64,000 bases of DNA, taken from contig JAZJZM010000014.1 of the NCBI GenBank assembly GCA_040389865.1, positions 39,531 through 103,530 on the forward strand, in the 5' to 3' direction. The DNA is from Bacteroidota bacterium (GTDB taxonomy: Bacteria; Bacteroidota; Bacteroidia; 2-12-FULL-35-15). Made by a program: the position numbers and the translations under genes. Below are positions 10,137 through 19,550 of the stretch, piece by piece. Position 1 is the stretch's first letter. Every line of letters starts with the position of its first letter. A model generated the notes under the pieces. The model did no database searches and was not told the origin of the DNA. It worked only from the letters and a program-made list of their open reading frames with translations.

Positions 10137-10283
10137 ATGGTTGTTAGTTGTTAGTTGTTAGTTGTTAGCTGATGGTAGATGCCATTATCAATTGTCAATT
10201 GTTAATTGATTCCTTTTGATGGTTGTTAGTTGTTGTTACCTAAATGCCCAATTGCCTATTGCTTAATTGCCTACTGCTAAATT
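10137..10283. repeat. tandem 'gttgttagtt' x4 followed by 'caattg'/'aattgcct' word repeats
   Basis: 'gttgttagttgttagttgttagttgttagct', 'caattgtcaattgttaattg' and 'caattgcctattgcttaattgcctactg' read directly. The inverted counterpart 'caactaacaa' array is at 28022-28080. Confidence 0.7.
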
Positions 10284-10288
10284 GATCC

Positions 10289-11596
10289 TTACTCCACCTC
10301 CATATAATCAAGATCCTTCCCATGTGTTTCATCCAGAAAAAATGTTGCCATAATGGCGAGTGGAATTACAACCCCACCCACGATCATTGCTGATTGTACT
10401 ATTCCTATACCCACCGACATATAATTCCACCATATTATCATCAATACCGTAGATCCCCTCACAAAATTAGGGACAGTGGTAGTAACGGTCGACCGGATAT
10501 TGGTACCGAACTGTTCGGAAGCCACCGTAACAAAAACGGCCCAATAGCCCATTGCTATTCCCATTACAAAAATGATGCTATAAAACAATTGGGGAGAAAC
10601 TCCTGAGGCTGCAAAAAACCAGGAACAGAATATTCCCAGGCAAACCAAGGCAATTACCAGGGCCTTTTTTCTTGACTTTAATTTTTGACTGATAAAACCG
10701 GTTAAAATACTTCCGAAAGCAGCACCAATATAATGAAACATAACAGATTTGCCCGTATTCACCGAACCCGTAACTCCAAGCGCTTCACCAAATTCTTTTG
10801 AAAAAGTGACCAGGATACCAACAGCAAACCAAACAGGAACACCTACAAATATGCAGCAGATATATTTGAAAAAACGTTTACCATTTTTAAATAAACCTAT
10901 AAAATCACCTCGTTTTACCGAAGATGTTTTCATTTTTTCAAACATTCCCGATTCATGAATATAAACGCGCAACAAAAGCAATACTAATCCGAGTCCTCCT
11001 CCAACCCAATAGGCTTCTCTCCAGCCCCATTCGGCCATATAAAAAGCCAATACAGCGCCCAGTATCCCTATACCCGAAACAATACTGGTGCCCCATGCAC
11101 GCGTTTCCTTTGTCATTACTTCCGAAACAAGCGTAACCCCTATCCCCAATTCACCGGCAAGACCAAAGCCTGCTATCACACGCAGCCAGGCGTATTGATT
11201 AAGATTTTGAACAAAACCATTTGCAATATTTGCCAGCGAATAAAGTAAAATAGTAAGAAAAAGTGTAGATAATCGTCCTTTTTTATCACCTAAAACTCCC
11301 CAAGCAATTCCACCAAGAAGCATGCCTATCATTTGCATATTAATAAGGAAAATACCGGAATCTTTAATTTGGTCGGCCGGGATCCCGATCGCCTGTAAGC
11401 TCGGAACCCGAACAATACTAAATAGAATTAGATCATAAATATCAACAAAGTAACCAAGGGCGGCTATAATAACCACTATGTTGAAAGGATTGCTGCTTCC
11501 GTTTTTAAGCATAAAGCTATTTTTTGAGTGCTTAAATGTAATAATAAAAAGTCCTCTTTTTCTGAAATTTAATTTGGGTTTCAGGCACCTGTTCAT
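10289..11596 (-). CDS. MFS transporter
   Basis: 435 aa, about 12 predicted TM segments, 'GVLGDKKGR' MFS motif-like loop. Confidence 0.8.
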   Translation of the reverse strand: MNRCLKPKLNFRKRGLFIITFKHSKNSFMLKNGSSNPFNIVVIIAALGYFVDIYDLILFSIVRVPSLQAIGIPADQIKDSGIFLINMQMIGMLLGGIAWGVLGDKKGRLSTLFLTILLYSLANIANGFVQNLNQYAWLRVIAGFGLAGELGIGVTLVSEVMTKETRAWGTSIVSGIGILGAVLAFYMAEWGWREAYWVGGGLGLVLLLLRVYIHESGMFEKMKTSSVKRGDFIGLFKNGKRFFKYICCIFVGVPVWFAVGILVTFSKEFGEALGVTGSVNTGKSVMFHYIGAAFGSILTGFISQKLKSRKKALVIALVCLGIFCSWFFAASGVSPQLFYSIIFVMGIAMGYWAVFVTVASEQFGTNIRSTVTTTVPNFVRGSTVLMIIWWNYMSVGIGIVQSAMIVGGVVIPLAIMATFFLDETHGKDLDYMEVE

Positions 11597-11685
11597 ACAT
11601 TGTTAATTAAAATTTGTAACGCTTCCTGCTTTTGTTCGTACTAAGTTATATTCCGCTTAAGTCTTAACCTCTAAAACTTACCGCC

Positions 11686-11982
11686 ATGATGAACACTACT
11701 TATACAAATGGGCCTCTCTCAGTTGAAAAAGAGAATATTCGTTCTTTAAGATTTCCGGCCAATGAAGTTTTAACATCAGCGGATGAAATTAAGATCAGGT
11801 ACTCCGATCTGGAAAGAGCTTTGAAACTTGGTAATCTGGAGCACAATAAAATCAAGATCGTGTTTGAAGATGAGCATGGTTTAAAACAAGTAGAAACCAC
11901 TGTTTGGGGAGTAACCGACAAACGGGTGATATTAAAACAAGGAGTTCTTATTCCAATCCACCGAATACACGAGATCAGGTAA
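11686..11982 (+). CDS. hypothetical protein
   Basis: 98-aa ORF with normal composition and no recognisable motif. Confidence 0.35.
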   Translation: MMNTTYTNGPLSVEKENIRSLRFPANEVLTSADEIKIRYSDLERALKLGNLEHNKIKIVFEDEHGLKQVETTVWGVTDKRVILKQGVLIPIHRIHEIR

Positions 11983-12140
11983 TTTTCCACTATTAGATAC
12001 AAAACAACAACCCGAATTGCCTTTATGGTCATTTGATTACAAAACCATGTCTTTGCAGGAAGGAAACGGGCCTAGTTAGGAAATAATTTTTATTTTAAAA
12101 GGGAATTTAAATTTTAATTAAAAAAGTTATACACATTATT

Positions 12141-12178
12141 TGTTAGCAACAAGTATTTTTATACCTTTGCCGACAAAT
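12141..12178 (+). promoter_or_regulatory. putative Bacteroidetes sigma-A promoter (-7 'TAccTTTG') upstream of phasin-like gene 1
   Basis: 'tgttagcaacaagtatttttaTACCTTTGccgacaaat'. A near-identical block lies upstream of the second paralog at 13042-13078. Confidence 0.5.
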
Positions 12179-12230
12179 ATCGATTATTAGTCATAATTTA
12201 TATAGGTTTAATCTAACTAAAACAAAAAAA

Positions 12231-12821
12231 ATGAATAGCACATTAAACGAAAAGTCAGAAAAAATAAAGAACAGTATTAAAGGTACTGCTGAGAAATCGA
12301 AAGAAACAATAAGAGAGATCATTGACTCTAACACAAAACACATTGGAGAGGCTTTGAATTCCAACAAAAAAATTGTTGATTCAATAAAAGAAAAATTTAA
12401 TCAGCAAGAAATGGACGACTCTGTTACAGATACATTGAAAAGCACTTTTGGAAAATCAGTGGAGCTTGCAGAAGACGCCCTTGACAGCATTATAAATTCA
12501 TACACACGACAAATGGAAATGAATGTAGACTTCAACACCAAGTTGGTTGATGCTCTTAAAGAATCAAACACTGCTCATCCCGAAAAAGTGTTGGAACTAA
12601 TTCACGAAAATTTTGAAGCGTCACACCAGTTGACCATCAGAAACACAAAAGAAATACTTGATTTCTACAATAAGCACACCAACCTGGCTGTAAATTTCAA
12701 TCAGAAATTTGGAGAAAGCATAAATGCTCAAATAGAATCACTTTTTAATCTTCAGAACAAAGGCTTGAATAAATTTACAAATTGGGCTTCTGAATGGTGG
12801 AAACAGGAAAGTAAAAAATAA
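12231..12821 (+). CDS. all-helical K/E-rich protein, putative phasin (PHA granule-associated) paralog A
   Basis: 196 aa of low-complexity amphipathic helix. About 90% identical to ORF 14012-14617. Lies 2.5 kb upstream of phaC. Confidence 0.6.
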   Translation: MNSTLNEKSEKIKNSIKGTAEKSKETIREIIDSNTKHIGEALNSNKKIVDSIKEKFNQQEMDDSVTDTLKSTFGKSVELAEDALDSIINSYTRQMEMNVDFNTKLVDALKESNTAHPEKVLELIHENFEASHQLTIRNTKEILDFYNKHTNLAVNFNQKFGESINAQIESLFNLQNKGLNKFTNWASEWWKQESKK

Positions 12822-13041
12822 GGCATACAACACTTAATTTGCAGATTTAAATCCCCCTTTCAAGAAGGACAAGAAATAAAACACGCACGCTAATGATTTT
12901 GTTATCAGCCAATTAAAACTAAAAAGCTGAATTAAAACGATATATTTTTATTCGAATTAATTCAGTTTTTTTTATGTTTTAACAAAGAGCCGCATTTAGT
13001 AAAATTATTTGAAAATAGTATTAAAAGTTATAAACATCGTC

Positions 13042-13078
13042 TGTTAGTAAGATATATGTCTTACCTTTGCGGACAAAT
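13042..13078 (+). promoter_or_regulatory. putative promoter (-7 'TAccTTTG') upstream of phasin-like gene 2
   Basis: 'tgttagtaagatatatgtctTACCTTTGcggacaaat', conserved with the 12141-12178 block. Confidence 0.5.
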
Positions 13079-13101
13079 TAATCAAAAAAAAACCAAAAAA
13101 A

Positions 13102-13854
13102 ATGATAACAGAAAAATTCACTGATGCAACAGAAACATTCAAAAAGAATGTAAGCGAAACAATGAAATGGTTACAGGATACCACTGCAACGATCATTGAA
13201 ACTCAAAACAAACAAATGAAATCTGCAAGTGATATTTATAATAAAACTATGAATACTGCATTCGCGGGAATCAACAAAGATAATTTCAGTAGTTCATTCG
13301 GAGTTTCAGAAAAAGTTGCTGAAATTTTGCAAAAAAATATTGAAACGATCACCAATATGTCAAAAACTACAATGAAAACTGCAATGGATTTTGGTAAACA
13401 AGCCAGTTCAGAAACATTTTCAAAAGATTCAACAACAAAAATTGTTGATTCATACAAAAAGCAAGTAGAAGAGATTACTGCTTACAATAAAAAATCATTT
13501 GAGTCATTAACAAAGGAGTGGGATGTTACAAAAACAACTACTGCTGAATGGACTGCAAAATGGAAAAAAGAATTTGAAACTACTGTTGCAACTTCTAAAG
13601 AAAAAATCCAGTCAATTGTTGATTCATATACCAAAGTTGCTACGCCTTCTGTTGAAACCAACAAAGAATTGTTCAACAAATTGAATGACCAAATGAACAC
13701 TAATTTTAATACTAATTTAAAATTTTGGTCAGATCTAACAAATTCTTACAACACAAAAGGGTTTGAAACAAAAAATGTTGTAGATTTTTTCAAAAACAAC
13801 ACTTTCACCGGGACAAACGGAACTAAAAAACAAACAACTACTGCGAATAATTAA
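13102..13854 (+). CDS. all-helical T/K/E-rich protein, putative phasin-like protein B
   Basis: 250 aa, repeated 'KxxxExxT' helical periodicity, same promoter block as neighbour A. Confidence 0.55.
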   Translation: MITEKFTDATETFKKNVSETMKWLQDTTATIIETQNKQMKSASDIYNKTMNTAFAGINKDNFSSSFGVSEKVAEILQKNIETITNMSKTTMKTAMDFGKQASSETFSKDSTTKIVDSYKKQVEEITAYNKKSFESLTKEWDVTKTTTAEWTAKWKKEFETTVATSKEKIQSIVDSYTKVATPSVETNKELFNKLNDQMNTNFNTNLKFWSDLTNSYNTKGFETKNVVDFFKNNTFTGTNGTKKQTTTANN

Positions 13855-14011
13855 TAGGCACAATTAAACAATTTTGCAATTTTTCAGTAGGCAATAAGGA
13901 TATGTTAAATTACATAATTGCCTACTGATTAATTGTAAAATTAAATAATTGCCTACTGAAAAATTGTTTTAAATTGCTCAATTAGGGTAAATAACCATAA
14001 ACACAGGTCAG

Positions 14012-14617
14012 ATGAACATCACATTAAATGAAAAAGCTGAAAAGATTAAAAGCAGCATTAAAGGAACTGCCGAAAAATCGAAAGAAACAATAAGAGAGAT
14101 CATTGTTTCAAACACAAAACACATTGGCGATGCGTTGGATTCTAATAAAAAAATAGTTGATTCGATCAAAGAAAAATTGAATCAGCAAGAAATCCAGGAT
14201 TCTGTTACTGACACGCTGAAAAGTACTTTTGGGAAATCAGTTGAATTAGCAGAAGATGCTCTTGATAGTATCATCAATTCATACACAAGACAAATGGAAA
14301 TGAATGTTGATTTTAACACAAAATTAGTTGACGCTCTTAAAGAATCTAATAGCGCTCAACCGGAAAAAGTGTTGGAATTAATTCACGAAAATTTTGAAGC
14401 ATCACACCAGTTAACGATTAGAAATACAAAAGAAATCCTTGATTTCTATAATAAACATACAAACCTTGCTGTGAATTTCAACGAAAAATTCGGAGCAAGT
14501 ATCAATGCTCAAATTGAATCACTATTTAATTTACAAAGCAAAGGTTTGAATAAATTTACAAACTGGGCTTCTGAATGGTGGAAACAAGAAAGTAAAGATA
14601 AAAAAGAGACCGTTTAA
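14012..14617 (+). CDS. putative phasin paralog A' (near-duplicate of 12231-12821)
   Basis: 201 aa, 'MNITLNEKAEKIKSSIKGTAEKSKETIREII...' aligns almost residue-for-residue with paralog A. Confidence 0.6.
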   Translation: MNITLNEKAEKIKSSIKGTAEKSKETIREIIVSNTKHIGDALDSNKKIVDSIKEKLNQQEIQDSVTDTLKSTFGKSVELAEDALDSIINSYTRQMEMNVDFNTKLVDALKESNSAQPEKVLELIHENFEASHQLTIRNTKEILDFYNKHTNLAVNFNEKFGASINAQIESLFNLQSKGLNKFTNWASEWWKQESKDKKETV

Positions 14618-14754
14618 TTTAAACCGAAAAATGAGAGTTTCAGGTTTCAGGTTCTGTGTTAAACAAACTTGAAATTTGAAACTTTTTTAAAATTTGAACA
14701 CATTTCTTATATTTTAAGGTCATTTATAGTAGTTAAACTCAAAAATCCAAAAAT

Positions 14755-15231
14755 ATGACTAACACTTACAAATCAAAAAGCAAGAACAGTATTTTATGGT
14801 TATTAAGCACTGCTACAGTGTGTTTATTAGCAGTATCGAACAGCGCTTACGCTCAAAAAAAACCAGCACCTGATAAGCTTTTGGCCGGAAAAATTTATAC
14901 AATTGAACTGGCTGAACAAGGAAAAAAAGCGGGTGACCCTGAACCGGATGAACTAACTTTTAAATCAGATAAGTTTACATCAAAAGTAATGAAACTCGAT
15001 GAAAAATTCCTTCCTTCGGCTTATACTGCCGAACTTGATACTTCTGATGCAGCTAACAAAATAATTACTTTTGAAACTGAAAGTAAAAACCCGGGTGAAG
15101 AACTTTTAAAATGGACAGGCACTATTACCGGAGAAGAAATTGAAGGTACTGCTGTATGGACAAATAAAAAAGGTAAACTGAAAAGAGAATACACTTTTAC
15201 CGGCACCTTAAAAGGTAAAAAGAAGAAATAA
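14755..15231 (+). CDS. secreted hypothetical protein
   Basis: Signal peptide 'LLSTATVCLLAVSNSAYAQ'. 158 aa, Lys-rich. Confidence 0.5.
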   Translation: MTNTYKSKSKNSILWLLSTATVCLLAVSNSAYAQKKPAPDKLLAGKIYTIELAEQGKKAGDPEPDELTFKSDKFTSKVMKLDEKFLPSAYTAELDTSDAANKIITFETESKNPGEELLKWTGTITGEEIEGTAVWTNKKGKLKREYTFTGTLKGKKKK

Positions 15232-15239
15232 AAATAAAA

Positions 15240-15280
15240 AGCCCCTCCCATCCTCCCCGAAGGGAGGGGTTTGTGTTTAC
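15240..15280 (+). terminator. intrinsic terminator
   Basis: 'cccctccc atcctccccgaa gggagggg' followed by 'tttgtgttt'. Confidence 0.6.
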
Positions 15281-15331
15281 ACCGGTATATAATCCAGGTT
15301 TTGTGTATTACCAACCCCTACTTTGGAGTAG

Positions 15332-16363
15332 TTGAGTGGGGCTTCTTTTATCAATTATCAAATGAGCGCAGCAAAAAAAAAGATCATTCGTAATGTAAAA
15401 ATTTCAGGCACCGGCTCTTATGCGCCTTCCGGAGTTTATACAAATGAATATCTTGAAACCATTGTAGATACTAAAGCTCCATGGATTTATGAAAACCTGG
15501 GTATCAAACAACGACATATTGTTGCAAAAGGAGAAACCACATCTGACCTTGGTGCAAAAGCAGCTCTCAAAGCCATTGCTGATGCTAAACTTAGCCCGGA
15601 AGACATTGACCTCATCATTTTTGCCACTACCACGCCTGATATGAAGGCGCCCTCCACAGCTTGTTTTGTTCAGGAAAAAATAGGCGCTTTTAATGCCGGA
15701 GCCTTTGATGTGGTAGCGGTTTGTACCGGTTTTTTATATGCGATAAGTCTGGCAACGGATTGTTTAAGCAATGGAAATTACAAACATATCCTTGTAATAG
15801 GAGCTGATACTTTTTCAACAATAACCGATTGGACGCGCAGAGATGCTGTGTTTTTTGGTGATGGTGCAGGAGCTGTTGTTCTTTCCCGTGTAGATGATGA
15901 ATCAGGTTTTGTTATTTCCAAAGTAGGTGCTGACGGACGTGGAAAGATGATCTGGCACATCCCTGCCGGTGGATCACAACACCCGATTGATGAAAACACA
16001 GCAAAAGACCGTTTGCAATATTGGCAAATGGATGGAAAAGGAATATACAACACCGCTGTGCGCGTATTACCACAGGTTATTACAGAAGTATTAGCCGATT
16101 CTGGATTAAAAATGGATGATATCAAATACATGATCCCTCATCAGCCAAGTCTTAAGATCCTTAAGAAAACTGCCGAACTTATAAATTTTGATTTTGATAA
16201 AGTATTGACCAATATGGATCAATACGGAAATACTTCTGCAGCATCTATTCCAATTTTATTGGATGAGACCAATAAAGCCGGAAAGTTAACCCGTGGCGAT
16301 ACCTTATTATTTGCCGCTGTTGGGTCTGGAATGGCTTGGGGTGCAATGATATTAAAATGGTAG
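15332..16363 (+). CDS. KAS-III (FabH)-like condensing enzyme
   Basis: Cys block 'DVVAVCTGFLYAISLA', His block 'IPHQPS', Asn block 'YGNTSAAS', giving an intact Cys-His-Asn triad. Its stop TAG abuts the phaC ATG. Confidence 0.8.
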   Translation: MSGASFINYQMSAAKKKIIRNVKISGTGSYAPSGVYTNEYLETIVDTKAPWIYENLGIKQRHIVAKGETTSDLGAKAALKAIADAKLSPEDIDLIIFATTTPDMKAPSTACFVQEKIGAFNAGAFDVVAVCTGFLYAISLATDCLSNGNYKHILVIGADTFSTITDWTRRDAVFFGDGAGAVVLSRVDDESGFVISKVGADGRGKMIWHIPAGGSQHPIDENTAKDRLQYWQMDGKGIYNTAVRVLPQVITEVLADSGLKMDDIKYMIPHQPSLKILKKTAELINFDFDKVLTNMDQYGNTSAASIPILLDETNKAGKLTRGDTLLFAAVGSGMAWGAMILKW

Positions 16364-18292
16364 ATGAAGAAAACTGAAATAAAAAACACTACAAAAATGA
16401 AGAGCAAGCCGAAAAGTCCGAAGTCTGAAATGAAAACTGAAAACACTAAAAAAACAGAAAAAGCTAAAACAACGGAAAATACTAAAAATACAGAAAAAAC
16501 CGAAAAAACAAAAATGGAAGAATTAACAGAGAGTATCACAAAAGCAAGTCAGAAAATTATTCAAAATTATTTTGAAAATAAATCAGGCGGTAACCATGAT
16601 AACAGGGATATAGCTCATACATTTGGTGAGTTAGGTACCAAATTAATGAACGAGCCCAAAGAAATGGAGAAAGTTCAGGAACTATACAAGGGATTCTTTA
16701 ACAGTCAGCAGGAATTATGGAAACGAATTACTGATCGCCAATCTAAACCGGAAGAATATAGTCCGGTTATTCAACCTGCCGAAGGTGATAAACGTTTTAA
16801 AGCACCTGAATGGGATGAAGCACCGTATTACTTTGATTTTGTTAAGCAAAATTACTTATTGGTTTCTCAATTAATGAAACAGATCATTGCTACTTCTGAA
16901 ATAGATGAAAAAGTTAAAAAGAAATTGAACTTTTATTCTCAACAGTATATTGATATGCTTTCGCCATCCAATTTTATTGCAACAAACCCTGAAGCAATTA
17001 AATTAGCACAGGAAACCAATGGTCAGAGTTTAATTGACGGATTTAAAAACTTATTGACCGATATCGAAAAAGGTGGTATCACTCAAACGGACATGTCAGC
17101 ATTTGAAGCTGGTAAGAATATAGCAACCACGCCTGGTGCAGTCGTTTTTGAAAATGAATTGATGCAACTTATTCAATACACCCCTTCTACTAAAAATGTG
17201 TTTGAAACACCTGTAGTAATAATACCACCTTGGATCAACAAATATTATATTCTTGATTTGCGTCCTGAAAATTCTTTTGCAAAATTTGTGGTGGATCAAG
17301 GATTTACAACCTTTATCATTTCCTGGAAAAATCCAAGTGCGGACTTACGTCACATCACTTTTGATGATTATGTGGAGATGGCTGCTTTAAAGGCTTTTGA
17401 AGTTGCAAAAACAATTACGAAATCTAAAAAAGTAAATACTATTGGATATTGTTTAGGTGGAACGTTGCTTAGCACTTCACTTGCTGTACTTGCTGCTCGT
17501 GAAAAAACAGAGGAAAACCCTGTTAACACTGCAACATTCCTTGCCACAATGATCGACTTTTCGGATGTTGGCCCAATGGGTGATGTTATTGACAATGCCT
17601 TATTAAAAAAACTAGAACGTGGCGAATTACTAGAGCAAGGCGTTATGCATGGTCATGATATGGAAAAAGCTTTCAATCTGATCAGAGCAAATGACCTGGT
17701 ATGGAGCTTTGTAATAAATAATTATTTGAAAGGCAAAACACCTACTCCTTTTGATGTTCTTTATTGGACAAATGATAATACGAATTTACCTGCAAAAATG
17801 TATTTGTATTATTTGAGATACATGGTTTTGGAAAATAAATTAAGCAGAAAAAATGCGTTGCGTATTTGTAATACCCCTATTGATATTGGCAAGATAGACA
17901 TTCCTGTTTACGTAATTGGCCTTCAGGAAGACCATATCGCACCACCACAAACAACATTTACAACAACAGAGCTTGTTAGTGGACCGGTTGAATTTATACT
18001 TGGCGGATCTGGTCACGTAATGGGTGTTGCTAATCCTCCATCAAAAAAGAAATATGGTTATTATTTAGATGGTAAACTGGAAAATGGATTTGCTGCATGG
18101 AAAGACTCTGCTAAATTTCACGAAGGTAGCTGGTGGACTGCATGGACAGAACGTCTTGCAAAAAAATCAGGAAAACAAATTGTAGCTGCTAAAACGTTGG
18201 GTAATGCTAAATTCAAAGTTATAGAAGCTGCTCCGGGCAGATATGTAAAAGAAAAATGTGCTCCGCACCATCCAGAAAATGGTAAGCATTAA
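16364..18292 (+). CDS. phaC: class-I poly(3-hydroxyalkanoate) synthase
   Basis: Lipase-box 'GYCLGGTLL' and alpha/beta-hydrolase core. 642 aa with a roughly 50-aa 'KTEK/TENTK' Lys-rich N-terminal extension. Confidence 0.85.
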   Translation: MKKTEIKNTTKMKSKPKSPKSEMKTENTKKTEKAKTTENTKNTEKTEKTKMEELTESITKASQKIIQNYFENKSGGNHDNRDIAHTFGELGTKLMNEPKEMEKVQELYKGFFNSQQELWKRITDRQSKPEEYSPVIQPAEGDKRFKAPEWDEAPYYFDFVKQNYLLVSQLMKQIIATSEIDEKVKKKLNFYSQQYIDMLSPSNFIATNPEAIKLAQETNGQSLIDGFKNLLTDIEKGGITQTDMSAFEAGKNIATTPGAVVFENELMQLIQYTPSTKNVFETPVVIIPPWINKYYILDLRPENSFAKFVVDQGFTTFIISWKNPSADLRHITFDDYVEMAALKAFEVAKTITKSKKVNTIGYCLGGTLLSTSLAVLAAREKTEENPVNTATFLATMIDFSDVGPMGDVIDNALLKKLERGELLEQGVMHGHDMEKAFNLIRANDLVWSFVINNYLKGKTPTPFDVLYWTNDNTNLPAKMYLYYLRYMVLENKLSRKNALRICNTPIDIGKIDIPVYVIGLQEDHIAPPQTTFTTTELVSGPVEFILGGSGHVMGVANPPSKKKYGYYLDGKLENGFAAWKDSAKFHEGSWWTAWTERLAKKSGKQIVAAKTLGNAKFKVIEAAPGRYVKEKCAPHHPENGKH

Positions 18293-19491
18293 TTGGAATA
18301 ACCATTAGATTTCAATATTAGTTTTGATCGTTAAAATTGAAGTTTCAGGTTTTTATGTTTGGTAACAAACATAAAAATCTGAAACTTTTTTTATTATTAA
18401 ACTGTGCTATAAATTCTTAAAACATCTTTTGAGCTTGAGTTCAATCAATAAAATAAAATTGAAAAAAGAATTTTTATTTTGACGTTTCCCTTTCTTGAAG
18501 AAATAAAAAGAGTGGCTCGGCCAAACTGTCAATACCTTCGTGTAATGTGGCTGCAGCCCATTTTGGTCTCATTGCCGTCTTGCTTTAGGACTTTAATCAT
18601 AACAAATTAGATAATTTTCGCTAACTTTACTATGTGAAAAAATTTGCTTACATATTTATTCTATTATCATGTTTTGGGTTTAGATCCATGCATGCAGAAT
18701 CTGTGCAAATGTTCAAGGCAAAGTACAGCTCTGAATTAAATAGATCTGAAAAAAAACATATTCAGAAGACTCCCGCGCTTTCATTAAGTATAATTACTTC
18801 GAAAGAGTCGGACGAAAATCCATTTTCAAAAAAAAGAAAGAGAGCAAAAAAAGGCCTATCACCAATCTTTTTTTGTCTTACAGATCAACCCCATTTAAAA
18901 ATTATTTTTTTTGAAATTGACTTAGTTTATGCTCCCCAGTCATTTCATTTCTCACACCTTCATTACGCCTGTGGTGAACGTGGTCCGCCCACCATTTCCC
19001 TTTCTTAAAACCCCACATTTTATTTATTCATTTTAGAACATAGCGCTATGCGTTTGTTCCGCCAACAATTTTAATCATGAAAAGCTGGAAAGTTGTCATA
19101 TACTATTTCGGAGATACACTCGAAGTAATAATCGAAGCAAGATCTTATGCTGAGGCCTGTTTCTCAGCAGAGCGGATCTATTCAGGTTGCACTATTAACG
19201 AAATTTCCGAGATCAAATATTAAAAAAAAATCCATTTTTTTTACCGAGACTAACAACATCACCTTTGGGATATGTTGGTTTTCTGTATGTAACAATTTGG
19301 AAAATAAGGGTTCACTATTGAAAAAACAGAGCATTAATTTTAATAAAAAATTAAAATCAGGCCTATACACAAACAGCATAAAACCATTGACATTAGACTG
19401 TTTCACTCATATATGTAATTAAAAAAAAAGCCCTCCTGAACATTAAAGATCTAATAGGGAATATTTTTTTATGATTCATATACGCAATTCG

Positions 19492-19499
19492 TATATTTG
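19492..19499 (+). promoter_or_regulatory. candidate -7 element 'TATATTTG' upstream of phaB, adjacent to the 'atacg-n5-cgtat' inverted repeat
   Basis: 'atacgcaattcgtatatttgtcatcg' lies about 55 bp upstream of the ATG at 19551. Confidence 0.35.
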
Positions 19500-19550
19500 T
19501 CATCGATTTAAAATTTAGAATTTAATCTTTAGACTTTTTCAATATATTTT

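Noticed and set aside
16219-16539. 106-aa minus-strand ORF overlapping the fabH-like/phaC junction
   Set aside because: Poly-Phe/Val low-complexity translation of the antisense of the K-rich phaC leader. It is an artefact of the repetitive sequence.
18634-19422. 124-aa and 91-aa ORFs in the phaC-phaB gap as real genes
   Set aside because: Both have low complexity, atypical composition and no motifs. The second overlaps an antisense ORF of equal quality. They are treated as non-coding pending homology evidence.
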